62,993 bases of DNA, filler included, from Pelomyxa schiedti (GCA_020536535.1; 15 parts of 15 records of this genome joined end to end with filler, not necessarily neighbours in it), one strand, 5' to 3'. Shown: positions 1-11,827, numbered from the whole stretch's first letter. Numbers and translations are program-made. The notes: generated from the sequence alone by a model not told the origin.

Positions 1-1711
1 CCTCATTTTTCAGGAATGACTCCATTCGGTATTTTAGGGTGGCTGTACCCCTTGCACCACCCCTAGGGGTGGCAGCAAGGAGGTGGGATGGGAGGGTTGC
101 AAGATCCTCCCATGCCTTTGCATCCCCAGCAGCAATCCGCCTGAAGACTGGGTCCCAAATCCTCTTGAGCAGGGGGAAGAGAGATGCTTTGATGGACCGA
201 ACTGTGGGGACTGGATTGGTTAGAACTGACGCCATTGAGGGGAGCTGAGTGTAACTCGCAGTGGTGGTGTAAGTAGGGGAGTGGCTGGCTGGGGGAGTTT
301 GTTGTTGTGGGTGACACTTGTGTCCCTGCAGCCCTTTGAATGGGAAAAGGCATTTGGGACATCTTGTTGCATGAATGTTGGTGATGATGCTGTCTGTTAT
401 TTGCTGTGGTGTGTGTGCTGCTCGGAAGTGCTTGCATAGATCTGATGAGTTGAGGAATGAGGGAGTGGTGAGGCATAGGGGGCAGTTGAAAGGGGTGTGT
501 GATGGGGGCAACGGGGCAATGGGGCTGCTAGGGCTGAGGGGGTCTATGACTCCTGAGTGGCAGGGAGTGTGAGCTCCTGCGTCAGGGGTTGAGAAAGTGG
601 CTCCACTACCACCTCCACTGCTGGATTGGCACTGATGGGTGATTGTGGGAGTGGAACCATCGCATGGCACTGAGCCTTTTTGCTGGAGGATGCTGCCCCG
701 TTGCTGCATGGGTGTATTTGGGTGGGGGATGCTGGCTGCGTTTTTTCTTTCTCCGGAGTTTTGGAGTATAACTTGCCTGTTGTTGGCTCCTCTGACAGGG
801 GGGGCTGTTTTACTGGGCTCAGCGCCTGTATTGCTCCTGCCACAAACCCTTGAATTGCCGCTAGGGGTGTTGCATTGGGCTTGTTTCGCTGCAGGAGTTT
901 GGGTGGTGCAGCTGGAATGTGGGCCAGCACTGTCCTTTGCTGTTGCAGTTGGGGAGGTGCTGGGGCTGCTGCAGGGGTGGTGGCCGCTCTGAGTTCCACT
1001 GTTGCAGCTGGAATGAGTGCCAGCACTGTCCTTTGCTGCTGCAGACGGGGAGGAGCTGGGGCTTCTGCAGGTCTGAGTTCCACTGCATTTGGTTGGGGTA
1101 GCTGCTGAGGGGGTGCCTGGCTTGACGAGGTCCTTGCAGTATTTGGTCCCACAGTATCTGGAGCGCTCTGCTGATGGCATGATACCTTGGCAACGCTGGC
1201 AGCGCGTTGTCTGGGGGAACCACCCCTTCGTTTCTTGGAGTGGGATTTTGCAGAGCCAAGCTCTGTGGCTGCGGTTGATGTGTTTCCAGAGCTTCTCTGG
1301 CTTCTCCTCATATCCACATCCATCTCGTGGGCACTTGAGGTTTTTGGTTCGTGGGTTGTGCTGGAGCTTCCTGGGTGTTTCTTTCTCTTCAACCCTGGCC
1401 ACTGATTGTCGCGAATCTCCGCTTCCATGGAGGATGGGGGTGGTGGTGGAACCGAGCCTGGGGCCCACTGGAGCTGGGGGAGAATTGAGGGGTGGATGTT
1501 TATGATAATCAGGTGGGGAAAGGGTTCTGTTGCATATGTTTTGACAGGGGGACCTACCTTTGGACTGAAGTAACGACAGACTAGGAGATGCAGTGGTTTT
1601 TTTATTGGGGCTGGCATTTCTACGGGTATTGTGACCTTTGACTGTGGTCCAACCCTCACTACTGGAGCTGTCACTTCCACTGTTGCTGAAGCTGATGCGA
1701 GGATGTAGTCG
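1..1711 (-). mobile_element. 5' part of a CRE/R2-like (RLE-type) non-LTR retrotransposon ORF: two zinc-finger pairs plus pre-RT region; runs off the window start
   Basis: Manual translation of the minus frame not shown in the ORF track is stop-free from 1711 to 1. It contains C2H2 CPRDGCGYEEKPEKLWKHINRSH (~1333-1265) + RCQRC...YCGTKYC, then C2H2 CPLCLTTPSFLNSSDLCKHFRAAH (~484-415) + RCPKCLFPFKGLQGHKC, then LPSMASVLTNPVPTVRSIK...AWEDLATLPSHLLAATPRGG...YRMESFL, which resembles the pre-RT block of CRE-clade elements. The RT itself is not in the window. Confidence 0.7.
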
Positions 1712-1785
1712 TCATCTCCGTCGTCACCACTGCTGATGCTGTTGTTGAGGTTGTTTCTATCGCTGCTGAGGCTGCTGTCGACGTC
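544..1785 (-). CDS. Long low-complexity Pro/Ser/Gln ORF overlapping the zinc-finger frame; open to the contig edge
   Basis: ORF-track 544..1680 extends stop-free to 1785. It carries an internal duplicated unit (VELR...APAPP.LQQQRTVLA.IPAA) and no recognisable domain. It may be a shadow frame. Confidence 0.3.
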   Translation of the reverse strand, partial: DVDSSLSSDRNNLNNSISSGDDGDDDYILASASATVEVTAPVVRVGPQSKVTIPVEMPAPIKKPLHLLVCRYFSPKVGPPVKTYATEPFPHLIIINIHPSILPQLQWAPGSVPPPPPSSMEAEIRDNQWPGLKRKKHPGSSSTTHEPKTSSAHEMDVDMRRSQRSSGNTSTAATELGSAKSHSKKRRGGSPRQRAASVAKVSCHQQSAPDTVGPNTARTSSSQAPPQQLPQPNAVELRPAEAPAPPRLQQQRTVLALIPAATVELRAATTPAAAPAPPQLQQQRTVLAHIPAAPPKLLQRNKPNATPLAAIQGFVAGAIQALSPVKQPPLSEEPTTGKLYSKTPEKEKTQPASPTQIHPCSNGAASSSKKAQCHAMVPLPQSPISANPAVEVVVEPLSQPLTQELTLPATQES

Positions 1786-1885
1786 NNNNNNNNNNNNNNN
1801 NNNNNNNNNNNNNNNNNNNNNNNNNNNNNTTAATTAATTAANNNNNNNNNNNNNNNNNNNNNNNNNNNNNNNNNNNNNNNNNNNN
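1786..1885. other. Artificial contig spacer (N run - TTAATTAATTAA - N run)
   Basis: The same 100-nt six-frame-stop linker recurs at ~3635, 4886, 11427, 12649, 14460, 15599, 30033, 31189, 43763, 51370, 53069, 59511 and 61857. Neighbouring contigs are therefore not necessarily linked. Confidence 0.97.
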
Positions 1886-3634
1886 TCGTCCGTAATAAGT
1901 ACAGGTGATGAAACACCTTTTTGGATGTGAGAAACTCACAATTACTGTAAGAAACAGAACTGGAGGCAACAACTTCCCCACTGATTGGGTCAACCAGAGT
2001 AAGTTGGATCCTAAATCCAACTTTTTCGTTATGATGTCTGCAATAACTAGAAAGGTATGAGGTAAGAAACAGCAGTGGCCAAGTATGTTAGGATACCATG
2101 TGATTCTCAGTGATATAATCGCCTCCCCACTGGTGAAATCAATCAGTGGATTACTGTGAAATTGAACAATTTTTCTTTGTTCCTGCTCAATCATCTCAGA
2201 CCAACCAATTCCCCCTGTTGAAATCCCAGCACTATTGCAACTTGGGGTGGCCGGTCTTGAATTTGGTTGGCTTGGAGTAGGTGCCACATTACTGGGAATA
2301 GGTTGGATATATCGCAATAGAATTAGGAACGCATACTGCTTCTTTCTTTCCAGTGATCTTCTTTCTCGTTGGACACAACCCATACACATCAGGACTTCTG
2401 GCAAAATATTAGCTGACGCAGTCTGGAAGAGGGTAAAATACCTCTGTTATCACTTGCACACAAGACTTTCGTCTGGACATTCAATGTGGCAGAGAGGTCA
2501 TGCCCTTTAACTGGAGAAACACTGGGAGGTGCATGGGCATTAACAGAGCGTAGGTCATTGTTGCACATGTCTGGGGGCAGATACAAATATTTCCAGCGAA
2601 GACCCCCACTTCCTACCTGGTGGGTACTGTGTCAGGGGGAGAAAGAAGATAAATAAGAATGAACCTGACCACCAGAGGCAACCAATTGAACACACAAGCG
2701 AATTTGAGTTTCAACACGAGATTTCTGGGGTACTGTGAAGGAATTAGGGAAAAAACCCAATTTGATTAGAAATACCTCCCAACAGCCTTAATTCCACGGG
2801 TTTACTGAACCAATTTTAGAAAGGAGAATGGTTGTACTTGGGAAATACTTAGATTGTTGCCGGAAAGCAACTTGAACAGAGGACAAATCGCGACTTGGCT
2901 CTGCATTTCCCATGACCGTTGGACTTGGAGGGGGAAGTCTTGTAGCTGGGGACAAAGCAGGGGGAGGAGCTCGGGCTGCCGGCAAAGATGCGGACTGCGC
3001 ACTACCGGGAATCCCGGATTCCTAGTGTTGCACTTAAGAAGCTGTATTTTATAGGGGAGGGTGTTACCATGTGAGGAGGAACCTGAGAAAGGGGTTTCAA
3101 AGAAGGTTGTTGGTAGGATTGTTGTGGGCCCTGACTCTGTTGAGGTTGAAATTGAGGGACATTTTGCTGAGTCAGTGCTTGAATTTGCACCATTTGTTGC
3201 TGCGACTGAAGAATTGGTGGCATCAATTGGGATTGCTGAGGTTGTCTTTGAGGGGAGAAGTCGTCCCGATCGGGAGATATGGGGACACTATAAAACCAAT
3301 GAGTACGGTTGTGTTGTATTTTAGGATTAATGATTAATGTACTTGGGACTGTCATTTATGTTAGACGGATCGAACTCATTCAGGATCGGAAATAAACATG
3401 TTTCTTCTTCACTAACAAGTATTGTAGGAGGGGAGAGGGTGCAGAAAACAATACGGACCTTGGATATTGAATCGGCATCAATCCTCCATCGCCATTTTCA
3501 AGATTATATCCATTACCAAGTTTAGGTAGCATCAAAGGAGGGGGAGGACCCCAACCCGCCATAGTGGGGGATGGAGTCGGTGACGAAGTGGGGGGTGTTG
3601 TTGCTGGAGAACAGGAAACTGACAGGTTGGAATT
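1886..3634 (-). CDS. Partial multi-exon hypothetical protein, Pro/Gln/Ser-rich
   Basis: Successive minus-strand ORF pieces separated by GT-AG intron-like segments; no confident domain. Confidence 0.45.
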
Positions 3635-3734
3635 NNNNNNNNNNNNNNNNNNNNNNNNNNNNNNNNNNNNNNNNNNNNTTAATTAATTAANNNNNNNNNN
3701 NNNNNNNNNNNNNNNNNNNNNNNNNNNNNNNNNN

Positions 3735-4885
3735 GAAAAACTACTTGGTCTTTAATGCTGAGGTTATGCAACCTTTCAGCAACAAGTCTAACAGTACTAT
3801 CCGTAGGTAGGCATAACAAGGTACGATGGGAAATTTGTTCTTCAGGCGGGAACCGGAAAGCACAGCACTGCATATGCACAAGAGCAACACTGAGAGCACA
3901 ACCAGTTCGTCCTGTGCCGTATTTTCCATGAATTATTGATACACCGGGACGCGAATGAACTGCTGTGATAGCTTGGGATTGCTCTGGACAGAGTCTGAAT
4001 GCATTCGTTATATTCCCAACGCATTGGCAGCAATGATTTTCAGTAAAAGGCGAGCAACTCGCTTGAAGAAGTGATGCACGGAGTATCGGAGACCACAAAG
4101 TTTCAGGTGCTGAGCATATGAAGTCAAAAACTTGCTTCAAACCTTGAATACTTTTCTCTCGAATCAGAAGCTTGATGTGAAAGAGTTTCCCTGGAAGGAA
4201 AAAATGACTAGTATGGGTCTCAATTCTGACTTTATGGTCTTGACTCCCTGGGATTGAATCTTTGCATATACTGTCGACGAGACCAACAGAAGCACTATGC
4301 TGATCCCCAGTAATCCGAGAGCTTAGAAGAACGAAATCTCCTTTTTTTAGTTTGAAGCCATCAAAATTGACCAGCATCAAAACCGAGTCTCTGTTTGCCA
4401 CTTCAAGTCTTCCCTCAATCTATTATAAAATAGAATAACGGGTTAGGAAATTGCGAAAAACCTTGTAGGAGAACCTGTATTGCGCAATCAAGTTTAGACC
4501 TTAATCTAGCATGCACCTCTTCAACTAAGAGTGGCCAGAAAGATTCGTAGTAGCTTCGTGCATCAGTACAGCCCAGAACCGGAGCAAATAACTCAGATTC
4601 CAGTAGATTCCTGAAGCATCGAGATTAAAAGGAATAGGTATTAATGGCCGGCATACTCATTCCGCAAATCGAGTATAGACCAAGTTGAAACTCTCCGGGA
4701 GACTGCGTGCCATCCACAAGGCAAATTTCTATTGGCTCTAGCAGACCTCGGATCCAATGTCCCTAGTGTAGCGGCGTTCCCAACAAAGTGATCAGGATTA
4801 TATCCCTCGAGACGTTGGAGCATGTGAGCTTCCATAACAGGGTCAACACAGGCAATTGGAACTTCAGGCATTAAGCTGATCCGAT
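3735..4885 (-). CDS. Sen1/UPF1-like superfamily 1 helicase (partial), degenerate Walker A
   Basis: SYYESFWPLLVEEVHARL (Sen1-type N-terminal helix), beta-barrel segment LKKGDFVLLS, Q motif LCPEQSQAI, IIHGKYGTGRT (cf. GPPGTGKT) and motif Ia LLCLPTDSTVRLVAERL. Confidence 0.75.
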
Positions 4886-4985
4886 NNNNNNNNNNNNNNN
4901 NNNNNNNNNNNNNNNNNNNNNNNNNNNNNTTAATTAATTAANNNNNNNNNNNNNNNNNNNNNNNNNNNNNNNNNNNNNNNNNNNN

Positions 4986-7900
4986 CCCCCGCCCTGCTCC
5001 CCCCCGTCCCCTGCCTTTCCCTCCTCGCCCTCCCTCCTCTCCCTCGTGCTTGGTGTGAGCATCGTCGGCGACCGGGAGCACAACTACGTCGTCGGTGTAG
5101 TCTGGTGGCCGCATCAGATTCCAGGAAGGAAGTTTTGGAAGAGAATCTACTGGCACCTCTCGGTTAATAAGCTTGGTTACAAAGAAAAAAAAACCCACGG
5201 CATGAGCGGACGACGCACAAGCGCAAAGCCCAAGCCCGAGGACCCAAAGGAAAAGAGCGCGCCGAGTGACCACGAGAGCGAGTGTGGCGGCGCCGCTAGC
5301 GAGATACAGGCTCTCAAGGACGCACCCAGTGAAACACCGCCGACACCAGTGCCACAACGCACCAGCAGTGTGTGTGCCAGCGCTGAGAGGGATGCATCCG
5401 CCAACAACACCAAAAACAACGAACCAACGACGCCGAAACCGCAGGCAGGCCGAGCGACAACAACAACGATGTCGACATCCACAAGCACCAAACCAACAAA
5501 TACGCCGTCTGCGACGCAAAGTGCTGCCAGAGGTGCGTCGCGCGCTAGCATTAGACCCGTAAGCAACAACATACTGCCGAGGGGGGAGATCCCGGCCAGC
5601 TCCGCTTACGCCGGAGGGCTTACGCCGGATCGTAAAATTTTGCGTCCGCGTGGTATGGACCCACTGATTGGATTGAAGAATAATTATTCTGGACGACGAG
5701 CTATCATGGAGAAGAACACACACCCGGAGGCCTTGCATACAGAAACTTGGCACTTGTTGATGGCTGGAGTCCAGAGTAATCTTACAATTGCTCGGGACTG
5801 GGTGGTGAATCCTGATGGAGTAAACATCATTGATGAGCTGGCTGCTTACACAGCGAAAAATAACTACGAGCTCCCTGATGAACTACTGGACAAGTACACA
5901 TCCGCAGTGTGGGACAAGAGGTACAGGCTTCCTCGAAAAACCCAAGAGGAAGCACAGAAAAAAAAATCCGAAACACCATCGGAGCCACACAAGGAGTCAC
6001 ACAAAAAGTCACACAAGAAGACACACAAACAACCCAAAGTCCCACCACCATCGCCGACTCCCTTGTCCTTGAAGTGGCAATAAGGCTTCACCTCGCGGGC
6101 TATTTCGACCCAACCGCAATACACGCACCACGTGTGGCTCCTGTTTCTGTGGTGCATGATGACTCCGGCCTCGTCAAGGCACCTGCTATAGAAGCACCGC
6201 CAGCGGTTCACGAACAGGTCGACGGTGTGGTTGAGGAGAAGGATGTCCTCATGGAGGATGTACTATCACCATCGCAGAGCGAGGTGAGTGGTGGTGGAGC
6301 GAGAGGGGAAGGGGATGAAGGGGGAAATGAGGAGAGGATTCCGCCACCAATGCTCTCAAAGCTGGCAGGGCAGACTCACGTGAGGGAACCAGATATCCAA
6401 GCATTGACTGCAGTTGAGAACGGTTTGTTTCGCCAGTCAACCTTATCTTGCTGCTCTTCCTTAANNNNNNNNNNNNNNNNNNNNNNNNNNNNNNNNNNNN
6501 NNNNNNNNNNNNNNNNNNNNNNNNNNNNNNNNNNNNNNNNNNNNNNNNNNNNNNNNNNNNNNNNACCCGCCCGCGCCGCCTCCTCCTCCTCCTCCTCCCT
6601 CGCGCTTCTTCCTCCCCCGCCCTGCTCCCCCCCCGTCCCCTGCCTTTCCCTCCTCGCCCTCCCTCCTCTCCCTCGTGCTTGGTGTGAGCATCGTCGGCGA
6701 CCCCCAGCACAACTACGTCGTCGGTGTCGTCTGATGGTGGCCGCATCAGATTCCTGGAAGGAAGTTTTGGAAGAGTATCTACTGGCATCTACTGACAAAG
6801 CCGTGGTGCACAAGCTTTGATGGAGCATCTCGGGCTCAGTCTCTGAGGGTCAGGGTGAAACTCTGTGTGGCTGGGGTGCACCAGATTGCATAAGGGCTGA
6901 TAGTACTCTTTGCTTTGTGATAATAATTATTATTAATTTATGCAAAGTAACCTCGAAACTCCTCCTTATTCTATTATTCTGCCTCCACATTCGTCTTTGC
7001 CGTAACAGATGAGACCACGGGTCTCGTTTGAAAGGGAAAACCACCCCCAAAAATAGAACTATCACTTCTAAGCACGAACGTTAATAAGCTTGGTTACAAA
7101 GAAAAAAAACCCACGACATGAGCGGACGACACACAAGCGCAAAGCCCAAGCCCGAGGACCCAAAGGAAAAGAGCGCGCGGAGTGACCACGAGAGCGAGTG
7201 TGACGGCGCCGCGAGCGAGATACAGGCTCTCAAGGACGACGCACCCAGTGAAACACCGCCGACACCAGTGCCACAACGCACCAGGTGCAGCAGTGTGTGT
7301 GCCAGCGCTGAGAGGGATGCATCCGCCAACAACACCAAAAACAAGGAACCAACGACGCCGAAACCGCAGGCAGGCCGAGCGACAACAACAACGATGTCGA
7401 CATCTACATGCACCAAACCAACAAATACGCCGTCTGCGACGCAAAGTGCTGCCAGAGGTGCGTCGCGCGCTAGCAGTAGACCCGTAAGCAACAACATAAT
7501 GCCGAGGGGGGAGATCCCGGCCAGCCCCGCCGCCGGAGGGCTTACGCCGGATTGTAAAATTTTACGTCCGCGTGGTATGGACCCACTGGTTGGACTGAAG
7601 AATATTCTGGACGACGAGCTTAGTGGCTCCAACGGCGGCATTCAATGAAACAGATTGTTGTGAAATAGTCGTCCGCGAAATCGCCGTGGTTGTCACTCAG
7701 ATCCGGCGAGCCCTACGTCTGCAAGAGTAATCTTACAATTGCTCGGACTGGGTGGTGATCCTGATGGAGTAAACATATTGATGAGCTGGCTGATTACACA
7801 GCGAAAAATAACTACGAGCTCTCTGATGAACTACTGGACAAGTACACATCCGCAGTGTGGGACAAGAGGTACAGGATCCCTCGAAAAACCCAAGAGGAAG

Positions 7901-8408
7901 CACAGAAAAAAAAATCCGAAACACCATCGGAGTCACACAAAAAGTCACACAGGAAGACACACAAACAACCCAAAGTGCCACCACCATCGCCGACTAAGAC
8001 CTCCCTTGTACTTGAAGTGGCAATAAGGCTTCACCTCGCGGGATATTTCGACCCAACCGCAATACACGCACCACCTGTGGCTCCTGTTTCTGTGGTGCAT
8101 GATGACGCCGGCCTCGTCAAGGCACCTGCTTTTGAAGCACCGCCAGCGGTTCACGAACAGGCCGACGGTGTGGTTGAGGAGAAGGATGTCCTCATGGAGG
8201 ATGTACTATCACCATCGCAAGAGCGAGGTGAGTGGCGGTGGAGCGAGAGGGGAAGGGGATGAAGGGGGAAATGAGGAGAGGATTCCACCACCAATGCTCT
8301 CAAAGCTGGCAGGGCAGACTCACGTGAGGGAACCAGATATCCAAGCATTGACTGCAGTTGAGAACGGTTTGTTTCGCCAGTCAACCTTATCTTGCTGCTC
8401 TTCCTTAA
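4986..8408 (+). repeat. Diverged tandem duplication (4986-6464 vs ~6605-8405) of the low-complexity N-terminal region of the kinase gene
   Basis: Near-identical sequence on both sides of a 100-N gap, with reciprocal indels and frameshifts. Confidence 0.9.
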
Positions 8409-8420
8409 CCACATCAAACA

Positions 8421-9704
8421 GCAAATGCGGCAAGTGGCACTGGCGCCCTGAGGCAATACAGTATTTATGCTAGATCTGAAATTCACTATGATAAAAAGGA
8501 TCTTCTTGGCCAGGGATGCGTTGGAGCCGTGTATAGAGGCAAGTCCGGTGTGATAACTACAACTAATACTTTCCAAAAGCGACTGTACACGATACAGATA
8601 TTGCCATCAAAGTCGTGAATAAGGACATTGACCATTATGAAGTTACCAAGATGGCAGTTTTACAGTAAGCTCGATGCTGTAGGATTTCACTTTACTAACA
8701 AAGACACAGAGATTCCATGAACCACAATAACATTTTGAAATTCCTTGGGATGTGCCCATGCAATCCATATGACGACCATGATATACTTCTTTTTGAACTG
8801 ATGAGATGTAACTTGACAATGATTCTACACTCTGATCGGGCTCAGTTGAGGCCCCGTGGGAAGCTACAATTTAGTGCAGACATGGTCTCTTCTATTACTA
8901 ATGGGGAGAGCCATTTTACTAACACTCACACACGCAGCTGCGTGGATTGCTCCATTTACATAGCCACTCAGTTGCCCATGGGTTTATTAATAAAATAATA
9001 AATATAAAGATAAGTCTGACCTTCCTTAAAGAAACTTGAAATCGGAAAACTGTTTAATTGCTGAGAATTTTACTTTAAAGGTATATTGTTAACTTCTTCT
9101 TTGCATCATCAACAACTAGATCTGTGATTTTGACACCGGTCTTCCAAGATTCAAAGCTTTTTATGCACGGATAGCATCTGATGCAGAATGTACCTTCCCT
9201 GGTCCCATAACTCACTAAAAACATTTCTAGGGAAAGGTGCACGAGAAGTGCTCACAGATGGCCAATTTTCCATTCAATCAGATATGTATGCTATATATTG
9301 CGTCGTATTAATTTTCCTTTATTCACTTGGTAAAACCACAAACCGGCAACAAAGGTTTGATGCCGGGAATGTATTGCACGAAATCTTTACGGAAGGGCCA
9401 TGGCCAATCTTCCAGTTTGAGTTTGATCCTGTAAATGATGCTGATCCCTGAGGCCCGAAGTTGGCCCCCGATCCCGCATTTGTGAGTCTCTTGCTGCTTT
9501 TATATTCTTTCAAGTGACACCTTCCAGAACTCGTTATTGAAGTACTGTTTCCATGAGAACCCTTCTGCTGTGTGTATACCCTTTGCTGTTCTCTGTTCAC
9601 TAATTCAATCCTTGCAGAGACCCACATGTCAGGACACACTGCGTATAATTGAGAGTCTGCTGAAGAAGGAGGGGCCCAATAGCCCAGGACCCACCTGGTC
9701 ATGA
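8421..9704 (+). pseudogene. TKL-like protein kinase domain, pseudokinase motifs, in-frame TGA
   Basis: Spliced translation: LLGQGCVGAVYR-ATVHDTDIAIK...MNHNNILKFLG...VAHGNLKSENCLI...KICDFD...SDMYA...RPT. TGA at 9449-9451 lies before subdomain XI, and the upstream region is frameshifted. Confidence 0.75.
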
Positions 9705-11526
9705 TGGAGCACTACCACAACCCTTTCTTGATCGATTTGTATTGATTCTTGTTGTTGAGTTGTCTGAGAGTTTGTTGTTGCCGGTACCATCTTTAAAATC
9801 TACGTACGGACTCTCAGTACGAAGGCAAAGGGTATCCGATACACTGAGAGTCCCTGCTGTCTTCAATCTAAGAGATACCAATACTGTATTACTTTCCCAC
9901 AAGAATATCTGCTCCCACAAGTATGGCCCACGGAAAAAACCTGAGTTCTTCCCTAAGATAAAACCCTTCTTTTTTGGGAACTCCCCCAAGAAAGGTTGCA
10001 ATGTACATTGCATTGAAATGATGTAATACCACATCTTTGGCTTTCTCTCAGTGTCTCAATGACTCTTGGCCTTTATTTGGCTTCAAAATTCGAGAAATAG
10101 AGAGAAAGCTTTTTGCAAAAAACTCTAACATTCTACCGCGGACAGGCTAAACTTAGGAAAAAAAGGTAACCATCTCCCCAGCCCAGGGGTTGCAGGGTGA
10201 AGTCTGATACGAGTCTCTGTAAAGAGTCGTTCGGCAGATTCAAAGCAGGGAAGGTGGTTCCTGCCTCAAACTGAGAGCCCAGTGGTGGTGGAAACCAATA
10301 ATGCAGGCCTGGTGACAGGTGCTGAAGCCCACAACCAGTGGGGCAAGCAAAAGCCGCTTCCAGCACACCCAGGCAGAGAAGCCAACCTTTGATTACACCA
10401 AATGACAAACATCAAAGCAGGGAAGGGAGGTCAAGCCGCGGTTCCTTCGCAGCGGATCTTCTTAGCGGGGGAAAAAGCCGCCGTGCTGTTCCAAGTGAAC
10501 GGTGACGGTGCAAACGGGAAAAGCTAGCCAAAGATAGCCACCCAGCCACCCCTCTGGTTTCATGCCCACCACTTCCTGAAGTACTTCAGACAGCCACCCC
10601 AAGGGGTGGGTGTTTTGCACACGGTTTTGAGAGGACAGCCACCCAAAAAAATGAATTTGAGAGACCAAAAAACAGCCACCCATTGATACAGATATGATGT
10701 GATGCTGTGCTGTGGGAAGAACAACAACACACACTTTCACCACCAGATCCACTAAAATAAATACAGACTTTGTTTCCTCTTTATCTTGCTTCACTCCCTG
10801 TAAGTACACTCACAACGATAAAGTAACAAGCAATGAACTATAGTGTTTGTGTTCGGGCTTCTTTCTCCATGACCTCCCGAGTAAAACAACCATCAACACC
10901 AGACAGTTCCCGGAATCCCACGTTTTTTTTTCGTTTCGTACGCCACGTAGATCGGGTATTGGGTACGTGTAGTAGCAAAAAAAACAGTTGGCATGTGGTG
11001 GGGCACAGAAAAGAGGAACAAGGGTTTGTTGTTGTTTTGTTTTTTCCTTTCGTCTCCCTTCTTCTTCGTTTAGTTTCCTTTTGTTTCGGTTTTTTTTCTT
11101 CTCTATTCCCTTCCTTCGGGTTTGCATGTGGTCTATGTGTTTTAACTTTTTCTTTAGCCACTTGGCTTTGGTTTTTATTGTAATTGCTCCTAATTTAACA
11201 ATATTTAGTGTTTTTGTTTGTTTTTTGACTTGTTCTATCATCAACGCAAGTGAGGCACCTTGTGGTCCTGGGTCTCCAACCTAACATGCTTTAGGTGAGG
11301 TGCGGAATTTCTGGCTTAGATCAGAGCCTCTCACCAAAGTACATTCTCTCTTTTTATAATCAACCACTCAGCAAATAATAGGTACCACCAGTGCCGGAAA
11401 GAGCAACCCCAGGCCCGACTTCTACTNNNNNNNNNNNNNNNNNNNNNNNNNNNNNNNNNNNNNNNNNNNNTTAATTAATTAANNNNNNNNNNNNNNNNNN
11501 NNNNNNNNNNNNNNNNNNNNNNNNNN

Positions 11527-11693
11527 GGGGGCGGCTGCTGGCCGTCGTAGGGCCCCGACCCCGCCGCGTACGCGTACGTCGGCGACGGGTCCGCCGCGCT
11601 CCCCATCGACGCCGACGTGCTGGTCGTGGTGGTCGTGTATGCCGCCGACGTCGGGGGCTCAGGCGCGGGCTCGAAGTTCATTTGTGTTGCCAT
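11527..11693 (-). CDS. N-terminus of an unknown protein, divergent from Yip1
   Basis: GC-rich ATG-initiated ORF (MATQMNFEPAP...) running to the contig edge. Confidence 0.4.
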
Positions 11694-11827
11694 TTATGTT
11701 TGGTTTGCCAAATGGAAAGTGGGTGGTGGTGTCGCTGTCCCTATCGCCTCCTTGTTTCTTTTTTGTTTTTCCCCGTCGAATCAGAGATGTTTTTCGCATC
11801 TCAGAGTTTCTTTTGGGGCCCCAGGGG

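Noticed and set aside
1-546. Stop-codon reassignment (TAA/TAG = Gln) extending the 544-1680 ORF
   Set aside because: A different frame is fully open and carries the zinc fingers, and other genes end normally in TAA or TAG.
1786-1885. Recurring TTAATTAATTAA as a biological repeat
   Set aside because: It is always centred in N runs and is a six-frame-stop concatenation linker.
10810-11284. Lys-rich or Phe-rich ORFs
   Set aside because: Products of T-rich intron/intergenic low-complexity sequence.
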